Positions 1 to 12,828 of a stretch of DNA of 64,000 nucleotides are shown in pieces. Positions within the stretch are counted from its first letter, which is position 1. Every line of letters begins with the position of its first letter. The translations under genes were made by a program, and so were the position numbers. This DNA comes from Azolla caroliniana. Lineage: Eukaryota > Plantae > Polypodiophyta. The notes under the pieces were generated by a model. It saw only the letters and a list, made by a program, of their open reading frames with translations, was not told the origin of the DNA and did not search any database. The DNA is taken from assembly GCA_043228905.1 (NCBI GenBank), contig JBHGNT010000005.1, positions 21,576,001 through 21,640,000 on the forward strand, given 5' to 3'.

Positions 1-1929
1 ACAACCTGCTAACACCTGCCAAATGGGGTCCGGACCTGGTGTTTCGTTCTTTGTTCGCTCCATTGTGTTTGCGGACTCCTGCCGCATACGTTCCGTATTG
101 GTCGCGTTTGCTTTTTCCACCCATGCTTGGGCTTATCGGCGTACCTCGTCTTGCGCAGCCCAATCCGCCGTTTTTGTTTGCTAGTGTGTCGTGACTTGTT
201 GCACCTCCGCCGTAATCATATTGACAGCGGGTCCCTTTCCCTTGCGTGCTGGGCATTGCGTGGCATAATGTCCGGGTTGCTGACAAATAAAACAATGGCT
301 GCTGGATTCTGCCTTCTCGGCTCCAGGTAGTGTGTGCCGCTCTCCGAGTGCTACTTGCTCTTCGCGGTCCGGCTTTGTTTGTCGGAACATACGCAGTGGC
401 TGCTATTAGTCCCGTCGTTGTTCCTGGTGCCGCTCATCCCCCAAGCTTTCTTCGTAACGCCGTTGATCCCTGTATTGTCGTGGCTTACGCCGATAGCCAT
501 TGAAGTCGCCCCGTTTGTTTGTCGGCCGTTGATTCTCGTAGCGCCGACCCCCTTTGGTGTAACTCGGATATCCACGATAATCCTCATCCTCTGGGTCGTC
601 CTCCTCGGAATCATTGTGATTCCGGCGATTCCGGTTGTACCGGTCCTTCCGCGGGTTGCGATCCTTATACCGGGGTAACGCTTGTCGTAAGGAGGACATA
701 GAAAACCGTTCCTTCTCGTCATCCAACTCAGGCTGTAACGCTCATTCAATTACCATATCCGTTGTTTCCCCTTTCATGCTATTGTTGTTGAGCGTCGCCC
801 GGATGGGCCGGCGCAAGGCTCCCAAAAATGTTTCTCGAGCCTCTTCCTTCCGGTTTCCGTTGTAAATTTTGGAAACGTAAGCTGAAGTCCGCTATGGTCT
901 CGATTGGTAGTTGCTTAATTGTATAAAACTGCTCGAGAATCTCGCGTTGTGGGACCCTCTGATGGATGAATTGCAAGAAAGCGGACTACAGGTGATCGAA
1001 GGTTGTTATGGCTGGTAAATCCATGTGTGAATGCCAAAACGCCGCACGCCCATCTAGTGTTAATCCGAACTCCGTCATTTTCGACTGGTGTGCCACCGTG
1101 TCGGAGAGATTCTGCACCATGTGGTTCGCATTCCAGACATTCATGAACATGCGAATATGCGTTGCGGCGTAGGTTTCGTAGTTAAATCGGGGGTAGGCAA
1201 AGGCCATAGTGGGAGCTACGGCGGATCGGGAAAGACCACCGGGTGACTATGGTGAGCGTGGTCCCCGCGTCTCGTTGAGGTATTTCGGGAGCGCAAAATC
1301 CCCTCACGACAGGTAGTATTAAGGTCGCTAAGGCGCGGTCTTTGCCATGCGCGTTCTTCTGCCTGGCGTGTGACGGACCTTGTTATTGGCCGGTCTTGTC
1401 GTGTTGATTCTCTGGGTCGTCTGCGGCTAAACATCCATTCGTTGTTGCTCATCTGTGAGGAAACACAAATCAACAAGCGTGCCAAAAGTGTTGCCGTTTA
1501 GGAACACGGTCCACGGTCAGTCCTTCGACCTAGACTTCAAGTAGGTGTGGAACAACGAACAGGTGTATAAGCGTATTGCGTAAGGGTAGAACCCCTGTAA
1601 CCTATCAGCGTATAAGGGAAGACGGATACAACCGAATCCCTATTCACGGTTACACTTACGTACTACAATGCTTAAGTAATTAGGACACCCACTCTGAACT
1701 AGCCGTAGCTATACACAGAAAAATAAGAGAAGATAGTATTCTATTATAAGGCGTTTCTTTACATTCCCCAAAATTACACGCACCTCTATCAGAGGTTTTC
1801 TGCCCTTTATATATGCAGGGTCTAGTTAGCCGTTCACGCTTCCTGCGTGAACCGTTACATGTGTTATGCTCTTATATAATTTCTTACTCCTACGCTTTTG
1901 TCTGTCGGTTACTATTCCGGTGGACAACA
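1..1929 (-). mobile_element. 5' part of a non-chromoviral Ty3/Gypsy LTR retrotransposon (degenerate gag with zinc knuckle, plus 5' LTR), inserted in the gag of Copia A
   Basis: LTR 1489-1929 with TGTTG...CAACA ends, followed on - by PBS-like TGGCACGC. Minus ORFs give gag pieces (AYPRFNYET..HIRMF..VW.AN; CFICQQPGHYATQC) resembling the gag of element F. Copia gag resumes at 1930. Confidence 0.85.
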
Positions 1930-4900
1930 AAGATGCACTAGTACTTGTTGGGGCATGGATATTGGAGCTATGTGGAAGGAACTAACGAGGTACCACCGGA
2001 GCCGACACACAAAGACTTCTCGGCATGGGAGCAAGGAGCGACTCGAGTATTGTACTGCCTCACGTCCTGTGTGCACGATCAGCTACTCAGCTACATCAAG
2101 GATGCAAACACACCAAAGGAGGCTTGGGAAAATATACAGAAGTTTTTCGCCGCAAGTACCACAGCCCGTAAGTTGCAGCTCTGGCAAGAGCTAAACAACA
2201 TCTGAGAGAGAGATATGTCGGTTACGGACTACACCACCAAGATTAAGGAGATCTGCGATGCACTCGGATCCATCAACATAACGGTGGAAGAAGAGGAGAT
2301 GGTCTAGATCTGTCTCGGTGGTCTAACACAATGGTATGGGCCAATCCGGATGGCAATTTGCACCCGGGAGAAGCCATTGTCCTTCTTCGCCTTACACTCA
2401 ATTTTGATGGTCAAAGAAAACCACGCGAGTGGGTCGAGGACCACTCAATTGAACAGTCGGATGCTATACACAGAGGCGGATCGGCCCCTTGGGCGTGGAG
2501 GATGAGGTGGGTCGGCACGTAGTGGAGGCGGCCAACAAGAGCAGAACCGACGACACAAACACAGTGTGGATAGCAATTTCGGACCCTCCACGAGCAGGGG
2601 GAGTCAAGCCAGTGCCAGAAACCGGTAAGGAAAGGCCGACACGGAATGTTGGTACTGTGGCAAGAAAGGCCATAGAGAAAGTGAGTGTTGGAAGAAGCAT
2701 GTTGATACGGATAAATCCGGATCCAGCAAGACCGAGCAGGGAAACCAGCAAAGCTCACACTACATAGGAGGATCGGAAGGATCCGGAACCGGGAAGACTA
2801 GAAAGGGGTCATCCTTTGTGATGAAGCACAAGGCTAAATCGATGAAGAAGACAACTTCCGAACCGGAGGAAGTGTGGTACGTTGATTCTGAAGCATCTAA
2901 CCATATGACGAGCCATGAAGAGTGGTTCTCGTTTTTTGAGAAACTAGAACAAATGGGGATTGTTGAAACCGGAGACAACACCCCTGACTCGATTGTGCAT
3001 GTCGGAGAAGTCCCTTTAACCCATGTCGGACAAAAGGGAAAGCTAAGGAACGTATTACACGTTCCGACTATCACAAAGAACCTGGTATCGGTCGGACAAA
3101 TCGTCGACCAGGGAATGCAGGTGCGGTTTACGCACCTCGAGTGCTTCATCAAAGAAGAAGGCCAAATAATCATCCAAGGGCGCCAAGACGGGAGGATGTT
3201 CATCCTCAACAGCAATGACGTCGGCTCCACTATGTTCGCAAAAGGTCAGAAGATTGAATCGGATATCGATATATGGCACAAGCGAATCAGCCACGTCAAT
3301 TACCATAATCTTCAAGAACTGCAATCGAGACAAGTTGTTTTAGGATTGTCGAAGTTTAGTGGCCGGATGGCCCAAATATGCGAAGCTTGCCAACTTGGGA
3401 AGCAACACCGGCTTCCATTCTCCACCGAACGAAATTAAGCCGTAACAAGCTCGATTTAATCCATTTGGATGTATGGGGACCGGCACACAAAGTTAGTCTT
3501 GGCGGGAGTTAGTATTTCGTCTCCTTCATCGACGACTACAGTCGGCACACGTGGATCTACCTCATCAAGAAGAAAAGCGAAGTCTTCGACTGTTTTCGAA
3601 ACCTTCAAAGCGTAGTCGAAAGGGAAACGAAAAGGAAGATTAAGTGCCTAGGGTTGGATGGCGGAAAAGAATACTTTTCCGGCGAATTCAACATTTATCT
3701 ACAGCAGAACGGAATTTGGACGGAATTCAGCTGCCGATACACACCGGACCAAAACGGTGTGTTCGAGAGAAAGAACAAGTCGATTGTCGACGCGGCAAGG
3801 GCAAATCTAGAGGAGAAGAGCATGTCCAAATTCTACTGGGTTGAGGCGGTCCGGACAACTGTTTACAGCCAAAACGAATTGGTGACAAGGTGTCAAGTCA
3901 GCACACAAGATGTATTTCGGGCGGAAGCCGAATTTGAGGCACCTTCAGATCTTCGGTAACATAGCATATGAGCATGTACCAGATGAGAAGCAGAGGAAGC
4001 TAGATCTGAAGTCGGAGAACTGCATCCTAGTCGGTTACTCGCATGAGTAGAAGAGGTATAAGTGTTATAACCCCCGGACTAAACAAGTCCAAGTAAGCTG
4101 AGATGTCGAGTTTGATAAGTCAACATCATGGTACTCTCTACCGACTCCAACTTCTGACTCCAACCCGATTTTGGAAGATGAGGCTAGTGAGCCTGAAGAG
4201 GTCCAGGTAGAAGATGAAGACTTCGGCACACTAGATGAGAGACTGATCTCATTCCGGCTAAGTGGGCCGAATGAGCGGCTGAGCCGGGATGACCAGTTGG
4301 ATGAAGAACCGGCGCGTAGTGGAGACTCTGTCGTGCTCACCCCGCGCAAGGAACCGAGGAGACGGTTCACGCGCAAAGAGAAGGGCAAGAAGAAGATGTT
4401 GGAGTACAATACTGGCAATGAAGGGTCGGATCGGAGTGAATCTGACCTCGGAAAGGGAGAAGGCAGATCTTTAGAAATTTAGCCCGAACCGGCCAAGGGC
4501 CTCACACCGGGTAATGACAAGTTATGCCGGTCAACCCACCAGTAGAACCTTGTCAAGAGGTACATGTATAATGAGTACATGGCACATCACTATGCGTACA
4601 TGACTAAGGTGGCGAAAGTGCGTGAGTCAGAGAGCTACGCGGAAGCAACAAAAGACGCAAATTGGCGTGCTGCTATGGAGGAAGAAATGCGAGCACTTGA
4701 TGCCAACGACACATGGGACCTAGTTGACCTACCCCGACAGTGCAAACCGATCGGTTGTAAGTGGGTGTCCAAGGTAAAGTACAACGCCGACGGTTCGGTG
4801 AACCGGTACAAGGCCCGGTTAGTGGCGAAAGGACACGCACAAACCCATGGAATCAACTATGACAAGACCTTCACTCCGGTAGCGAAGATGACGACGGTCC

Positions 4901-5114
4901 GTGTGGTCTTGGTTGTTGCGGCGGCAAGGGGGTGGCATCTTCACCAAATGGATGTGAAGAATGCATTTCTTCAAGGAGACCTTGAAGAACGAGTCTATAT
5001 GATCCAACCCCCCGACTTTCAATCGGAATTGAACAAGTCGGCGGTGTGCCGACTTAAGAAGTCACTTTATGGTCTGAAGCAAGCCCCCCGAGCTTGGATG
5101 TGAAGATCACGCAC

Positions 5115-5540
5115 TGTCAGGAATAGTACTAAAACAGAGACGGAATTAGTACTAAGAAGAGTAGTACTATTAGTACTAAGAGGACGGGACTGCGTAATAT
5201 TCCCGAGAGAGAGGAAGTGAGAAGAGGAGAGAGAGAGATATAAGATGATGACAGCAGGTCTTATATTATATGAAAGATAAGTACAAATCGGCTAAGAGGC
5301 TTAAGACTGGTGTTGAACCAATTTGGTTCAACATAATGCCTAGTGCCCTCTTTTATAGTGTTCTCAGGAATAATCCTGAAGCTTCTAGAATGTTCCAGAG
5401 AGATCTGGAATATACATCAATTTTCTATGATAAAACATAAATGAAAATAATATTCTACGTATTATAATTCATAGTCTAATGGTAAGAGCTCGACCCATGT
5501 AGCATAAGGTTATGGGTTCGAGTCTTGCCATATCATGACA
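5115..5540 (-). mobile_element. Solo LTR (426 bp) of the chromovirus C family, inside Copia A RT
   Basis: Reverse complement of LTR 16293-16716; TG...CA ends; 5-bp TSD CGCAC at 5110-5114 and 5541-5545. Confidence 0.95.
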
Positions 5541-5970
5541 CGCACTGGTTGCGTAAGATGGGGTTTCTGGACTCCAAGTCCAACTCGTCACTGTTCATCT
5601 AGAAAGGTCCGGACGGTCTGGTTTGTATCCTACTGTATGTAGATGATTTAGTCATCACCAGACCCGGACTCAATGAAATCGGCCGAGTGAAGTCCCAACT
5701 GTTGGACGCATTTGAAATGAAGGACCTGGGGGACCTTCATTATTTTCTTGGGATCGAGGTGATCCGGACCCCCGATGGCATATTGCTCTCACAACGCCAT
5801 TATGTGTTGAATATGTTGTACAAGTTCGACATGATGGAATGTTGACTGATCTCTACACCCCTGGATCGGAACCTAAAGCTACGTCTCAACTCCAGACCAG
5901 TTTGCAATGAGCAATGGTTCTGACAAATTGTCAGAAGCCTCATATACTTGACAATCACTCGACCCGACAT

Positions 5971-6330
5971 CAGTTACCTGGTCGTAAAGAGCATCCGACC
6001 GTCCAGCACATTCAGTGCGTACATTAAATACTCTGGTATGTTAGTGGCACTAAGCATCAAGGACTGTTATACCAACACAGTATAGTCGAGATGCTAGTCA
6101 GATACACGGATGCCGACTGGGCTGGTGATGCATCGGATCGCCGATGCGTCACCAATTACCTGGTCGTAAAGAGCAACCGATCGTTCAGCACCTTCAGTGC
6201 GTACATCGAATATTCTGGTATGTTAGTGGCACTAAGCATCAAGGATTGTTATACCAACACGGTATAGTCGAGACACTAGTCGGATACACGGATGCCGATT
6301 GGGCTGGTGACGCATCGGATCGCTGATGCA
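5971..6330 (+). repeat. ~180-bp tandem duplication at the Copia A RT/RNase H boundary
   Basis: TTACCTGGTCGTAAAGAGCA...GCATCGGATCGC occurs twice (near 5974 and 6155) with some divergence. Confidence 0.85.
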
Positions 6331-6855
6331 CCTCCGGTTACATGTTTTTGCTTGATAGCGCGATTGTTGTGTGGAGCAGCAAAACGCAGCCAACAGTGGC
6401 TCTATCGAGCACTCAGGCAAATGACCGGGGCGCTACCGTTGGCACCTGTGAGGCCATCTGGCTTTGGCGACTACCGCAAGACCTCCAAATCGAGGGGCCG
6501 ACCCCGATCCTGATCTAGTGCGACAACATGAGCTTCATACAGCTCGCCAAGAACCCCGTTGTCGTGTGGTTTTTCACACACGATATGAAAACTAGTAAAA
6601 TAATTATTTACGATTAGCTTAATATATTGATATGGAAAGATAGATGTGTTCAAGAGGTTCATAGCGTATTTTACTACGTATAAAACGGATAAACAAGTAT
6701 CAAGTTATGTGAGTGTGAAGTTTACAGAAAAGAAAAGAAAAGAAAAAACAAAATTGTGAGATGTCCCACATAGATAGGACAACATTTGAACCCAAAATAT
6801 ATAAGGGAAACCAAAACATATTCATTCTATCAATGTGTGGAGCACAAAATGTTCA

Positions 6856-7640
6856 AGGTGACTTGGGCTACACTGTGTGGTGTGCACGCTTCGGGCATAC
6901 GTGTGTATGCACGACTGTGTTAACGCTTCAGGCATACGTGCGTGTGCATGGTTGCGTGGACGTTTTCGGATGTATGCGCGCATGGACACGCTTCGGGCAT
7001 ACGTGCGTGTGCATGGCCACGTGGACGTCTTTGGATGTACGCGCGTGTGCAAGTTCCGGGCGTACGCGTGGACGTTTCAGACAAACGCATGTGCGCGCAC
7101 GCGCGGGGCGCCTGCGTACACTACGGCAAGGTGACTTGGGCTACACTGTGTGGTGTGCACACTTCGGGCATACGTGTGTATGCACGACTGTGTTAACGCT
7201 TCAGGCATACGTGCGTGTGCATGGTTGCGTGGACGTTTTCGGATGTACGCGCGCATGGACACGCTTCGGGCATACGCGTGTATGCACAACTGTGTTAACA
7301 CTTCGGGCAAACGTGCGTGTGCATGGCCACGTGGACGTTTTCGGATGTACGCGCACATGGACGTCTTTGGATGTACGCGCGTGTGCAAGTTCCGGGCGTA
7401 CGCGTGGACGTTTCAGACAAACGCGTGTGCGCGCACGCGCGGGGCGCATGCGTACACTACGGCGCGGTCGGGATGCGCCCATGCGTGGATGCGTAGACTA
7501 CGACGCGGTCGAGACTTTTGCACGCGAATGCGTACACGGTACGGGTTGGACGCGCGCGCACGTGGATGCGTACACTATGCGGTCGAGACTTTTGCGCGCG
7601 GATGCGTCTACGGTTTGGTTGCGACGCACGTACAGATTGC
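6856..7640 (+). repeat. Purine-pyrimidine alternating, CG-rich tandem repeats inside the 5' LTR of B
   Basis: Repeated CACGCTTCGGGCATACGTGCGTGTGCATGG-type motifs and a ~270-bp duplicated block. The 5' LTR (1708 bp) is ~535 bp longer than the 3' LTR (1172 bp). Confidence 0.85.
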
Positions 7641-10600
7641 GCATGGGCTAAACTTTATGGATGATTGTGTGATTTGGCCAAATTATACGGACAATCGCAT
7701 GCAACCAAAAGCCAAGGCCATGCAACTAAAAGTAAAAGGCATGCATCTAAAAATGGAAGCATGCAACTAAAAGCAGAGGCCATGCAATTAAAAATAGAGG
7801 CCATCCAACTAAAAGTGGGCATGCAAAGTAACATTGGGGAGGGGGATCAACAGAGAGCTCGATATATGTCCCATTTTTTTCCCTCTAGTTTTTTTTCCTT
7901 CCTTCTTCTTCTCTCTCGGTTTCGAGAAACAAATTATCTCACATATTGATATCAAACTCCTAGCTTTGTTTACTGGGGCTTTCTTGTCAAAAATTATCTC
8001 TCGTATTCATATCGGACCACTCCTTGCATGGTTGGTGGCTCCTTTCTTTGAAAAATTAATCTCTCATTTCCATACCCAACCCATTGTAACACGATTCTGA
8101 AATTATAAAGAATCAATTTTCTTTTGCAATAAACTAATGATTTGTCTCTCCCACTTGTCTTATGCTTAAAACTTACTTGTGTTGTACGTGTTGCACTAAA
8201 TCCTTCTAGTCCAGAACCCTGGCGGTTCCGTCTCACGATCCGCACATAGAGACGGATTTTCACGACATAATAAAGTGGTGAACCCGATATGAAAGAGGCG
8301 GTAGGGAGGACAACAATGGCTTCAACAAGCGGAACTCAAGGAGAGGAATTAATGAAAGGCATGGTGTCCGTTGTGGAATACATGCTGAAGGTTAGAGACC
8401 GAGAAGCTTTAATCGACAAAGCTGTTGATCGTACGGTCGAGATAGCTGGACAATTTGGTGGCAAGAACATCACAAATTTTCTTGCTACCTATCGGAACAA
8501 GATGCAACAAAGGGATGTCAATGATCTCAAACAAATTTCTAGCTTCAAACGTGTGGTGGAACCAGGGATCCGCGAGCACGTCATGGAGATCCAAAATGAG
8601 CACACAACTTGGGTGGAGTTCAAAAAGGCACTTCTCACTAAATACATGCTTGAAGATGCATCACGGATGACTCGACATACACTAATGAAGTGGATCGAGA
8701 AGAAAGGGAAGAATATATGTGCTTCTGGAGTATATGCCGAATTGGACCAAAAGTACAACCGACTTCCAAGTGTTGATCAACGAGTTCTCGATGGAGATAA
8801 AGTCCTACTATTCCTAAAGGCAGTGGATTCGAAAGATCAGCGTGAATTGGGTAACTTTTTGGAGGATGAAACACAACCAAATGGCTTGGTAGCGGACTGG
8901 GCGGTGGTGAAGAAGGCTTGTAGTCGTCTTGATAAGCTTTGACAATGGCAAGAGGAAACTGATATGGAGAATCCACAATCGTGGAGGAGGAAGGCACCTG
9001 TGATGATCGAGTCTAACAAGTCGATTAGCAATTTCGGCAAGAAAGCGATGGAGGAATCTATAATCGAAGAGCTCTCCAAGAAGTTTGAAGCGGTATCGTT
9101 GGCCAACTTAGGTCGACGCGGGCCCAAGGGAAAAGAACTGTATAGATGTGTGTGGTGCGACAGCTTCGAGCACTTGCGAAAGGAGTGCACTGACTTGCAA
9201 GATGAGATTCGCAAGAATGTCGTCTATTTGGACGGCAACATGATTCACTTGAACGAGACCCGAAAGCCACTACGAGTGAACTTCGGAAGATGTGGGCTGA
9301 AAAAGATCGTGGAAGAGGAAGATGCAAGGCATGTCGAAGCCATGCACTATGCCGCATCGGCGGGAATACGAGTCGAAAGAGAGAATCTAAAGATGATCAA
9401 GCCGGGAGTTGGGTTTTGGCCAATGGTATTCGAGTGTGAAAAGAAAGGAAAAATCAAATTGGAGGATCTCAAACATGCTAATCAGAATGTGCGAAGAGTA
9501 ACCGGATGGTCGGATCCAGTCGACGATAACACAAGCTTTGCGGAGGTTGTGTGCGACAACTATGAGGCTCTTGTTGAAGAGAAGAGGAAAAGAACCGGTG
9601 AAGAAGGTGGCACATCAAAGCGTCATAATACGAGGAATGCAAGGAAAGAAGGACAGGCCCAACCTACGCCATGAAAAGAGATAGGAAAAACAAGCATGAG
9701 GCCATGTGGATCGAGCCAACCTTCTCGGATGGAAGTCGATGAATCTATGAAGAAAGGGAAGGAACGAGTGGCTCCGACTTACAAGCTAAGATCGGACATA
9801 GAACAAACAACCAACTTGCGGAAGGTCCTTGAGGAGAAGGTTTTAGACAGTCATGTCGACCTTACTTTGAGAGAGCTACTTGGGATCGCTAAGAAGGAGT
9901 TCCACGATACTATCGTGGACTTGATTAAGCGGAAGCGGCAACAATCGGATGAAGAAGAGGTGAAAAAAAGTGCCATAACCATGGCAAGATCGGAAGAGGA
10001 GGAGGAAGAAGAAGTGATGGCGGACAGCCATTACTCTCGGCCTCATTGGGCAAGAGCGACAACGGAGACACCGGTGAAGATCGGAGAGAAGAAGGAGACC
10101 GTGGTAGCCTTGTTTGACCATGGTTCGGAGATCAACCTCATGTCGACCGAATTCTACAAGAAAGGAAGATGGCCAATCAACACAAACCACAGATGGAAGA
10201 TACGAGCGGCAACGAAGGCCATAGAAGACTTGTATGGAGCTTGCCCCAATGTTAAAGTCACAATCGGAGATGTGGAGATGGATCAACACTTCTTCGTGCA
10301 AGACTCCGCTTCTCATCCCGACATCCTAGGACAACCATATATCACATCGTCCTGGATGGAGACTAAGGTGTTTGATAATGGAACGGCCTTCACACGAGTC
10401 AAGAGCCTTGACAATCAAAGATCTGTTCAATTCCTTACGGTGCGGGCTAATCACGAAAGGAACTGAGATAGCCTTGGAGGCGAATCCTCGGATTTTTAGA
10501 GCGGACTATTAAAGCGTGGGGCACAAATAGTCCGAGCAATCATAAGTCCCCACAAGGAAGCAAAATGTCATGATATGGCAAGACTCGAACCCATGACCTT

Positions 10601-10649
10601 ATGCTACATGGGTCGAGCTCTTACCATTAGACTATGAATTGTAATACGT

Positions 10650-11279
10650 TGTCGAGGTTTTCCTCGCGGATGCGTGGAATGAGGCGGGACCTCAGGGGTC
10701 CTGTACCGAAGAGCAAGAGAGAAAGGACAAGAGACACACTACGTGCGAGCGTAGATTCACAGGGACACGGCCCTTCGACACAAAGACGCGAGTGGGACAA
10801 CGACACAGAGAGACACGAATGTATGTATGTATTAACAAAGACAACAACAAGAACACGGAAGCAACAAAAACACGAAGTCGGTTACAACCGAACAGGCCGG
10901 CGAACATATGCCGATACCTGTTCGTAAACGCACAGAAAGACAGGAACAGGTTGGAGGTGCTGCCGGAAGTACTCGAGCATTCCTCAGAGCAACGCGAGCC
11001 TCCCGAAACCTGCACAGAAGGAAGCTATGGAGTTTGCGAACCAGAGAGAGAGAGAGAAGCCTTCGCACGCAAACCGACAACACTTCGTCCTCGACTCTCC
11101 GCGATCCCCTCACCCTTCTCGTCTCCCTCCTTTTTATAGGCAAGGAAGGAGCCGTTTCCCCTTTACTTCCTACCCACTAAATCTACCCGCCTAGGATCTT
11201 CTATGGACAACATTCGAGAAGAGCCGGTTCCTACGCTCCTGTGCACCGATTCCGCTTGTGGACGGTTTTCTTCACGACA
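10650..11279. mobile_element. Solo LTR D (630 bp) inserted in the 5' LTR of C
   Basis: TGTCG...CGACA termini; 4-bp TSD ACGT at 10646-10649 and 11280-11283. Removing it restores the C LTR sequence. Confidence 0.92.
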
Positions 11280-11697
11280 ACGTAGGATATTATTTTCATT
11301 TATGCTTTATCATAGAAAATTGATGTATATTCCAGATCTCTCTGGAACATTCTAGAAGCTTCAGGATTATTCCTGAGAACACTATAAAAGAGGGCACTAG
11401 GCATTATGTTGAACCAAATTGGTTCAACACCAGTCTTAAGCCTCTTAGCCGATTTGTACTTATGTTTCATATAATATAAGACCTGATGTCATCATCTTAT
11501 CTCTCTCTCTCCTCTTCTCACTTCCTCTCTCTCGGGAATATTATGCAGTCCCGTCCTCTTAGTACTAATAGTACTACTCTTCTTAGTACTAATTCCATCT
11601 CTGTTTTAGTACTATTCCTGACAGTTTGAACCAATTTGCCTCTCTCCTCCAGCCTACTTGTCGTTCTCCCTCATCCTCCTACCCTTTTCCCTCTACT

Positions 11698-12828
11698 ATG
11701 GCTACTGTTAGCGCCCAAGAATATCAATCCGTTTTCTCCGAGTTTGTTGGCCTGGAACAAGAAAACCAACGGCTGATAGGGGATCTGCAACAAATCGCTC
11801 TAGAAAAGCAACAAACGCAGCAACAACATGGGGAGTTAGCGTTACGGGTGCAACAACTCAAAGTTGCATTGCAACAACAAGGATCAAGTCCCCAAGGATT
11901 TCATAAAGAGCCGAAGATTGGACTTCCTGTGAAATTTGATGGAACGCGATTGCAATTCAAGGGATTCCTTAATCAGGTACGATTAGTCCTCCAAATGCAT
12001 CCTTCCCGATACCCCACTGATGCATCCCGAGTCGGCACGTTGCTTAGCGGCTCAGCCTTAGCATGGTTCGTTCCGCTTCTAGAAAAACAATCGCCCTTGC
12101 TTAATAACTTTGAAGATTTTATTAGTGAGTTCAAAGCCTGCTTTGGAGACACCGATAGCATCAGGACGGCGATCAACAAGATCCGGCAATTACATCAAGG
12201 CGATCGTCCAACCTCTGCCTACGCGGCGGATTTCCGCCTACTCGCTTCCGACATACCTTGGGATGATCAAGCACTAATGGAGCAGTTTCGCTATGGCCTG
12301 CGAAATGATGTCAAAGATCTACTTCTAACCTTCCCCGAAAAACCAAAGTCTCTTACGGAGGCCATCAGTCGAGCGGTCCGATGTGACAACCGCCTCTTCG
12401 AACGACGTTCGGAACGTCAATTACAGATACCACGCACTAGGCCGGAGCCCACTTACGCCGCAGTAACGGCTATTAGACCGTTTGCACGAGACATACCTCA
12501 AGCAAATACTTCGACACCGATGGAGATCGATACCATGCGTCGACACGGCCCGTTATCGAAAGAAGAAAAGCAACGACGACGTGCAAATCGATTATGTCTT
12601 TATTGTGGTGGACCAGGGCATATCGCAATCAATTGTCCCCATAGGCCAAGAAGACAGGTAAATCAAATTGTAGCCTGTACTAAACCCGAGTCAATTCTTC
12701 CCTTAGGAGTGTCTGATAGTATTAATAGTACTAATAGAGTGTTTGATAGTATTCATAGTACTAATAGCCCAAGTATCTCAAATAAATTTGAAATCCTTAG
12801 TCAATTAGATGAAGAGTTAAATGATTGA
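11698..12828 (+). CDS. gag: Chromovirus gag (open frame, CCHC zinc knuckle)
   Basis: ATG at 11698 inside ORF 11626-12828; P.KFDG, LSGSALAW, L.QG, YAADF, F..GL motifs; CX2CX4HX4C. Confidence 0.85.
   Translation: MATVSAQEYQSVFSEFVGLEQENQRLIGDLQQIALEKQQTQQQHGELALRVQQLKVALQQQGSSPQGFHKEPKIGLPVKFDGTRLQFKGFLNQVRLVLQMHPSRYPTDASRVGTLLSGSALAWFVPLLEKQSPLLNNFEDFISEFKACFGDTDSIRTAINKIRQLHQGDRPTSAYAADFRLLASDIPWDDQALMEQFRYGLRNDVKDLLLTFPEKPKSLTEAISRAVRCDNRLFERRSERQLQIPRTRPEPTYAAVTAIRPFARDIPQANTSTPMEIDTMRRHGPLSKEEKQRRRANRLCLYCGGPGHIAINCPHRPRRQVNQIVACTKPESILPLGVSDSINSTNRVFDSIHSTNSPSISNKFEILSQLDEELND

Noticed and set aside
6761-7770. Cys/Arg/Ala-rich ORFs of up to 296 aa
   Set aside because: They arise from stop-poor tandem repeats inside an LTR and are open in several frames.
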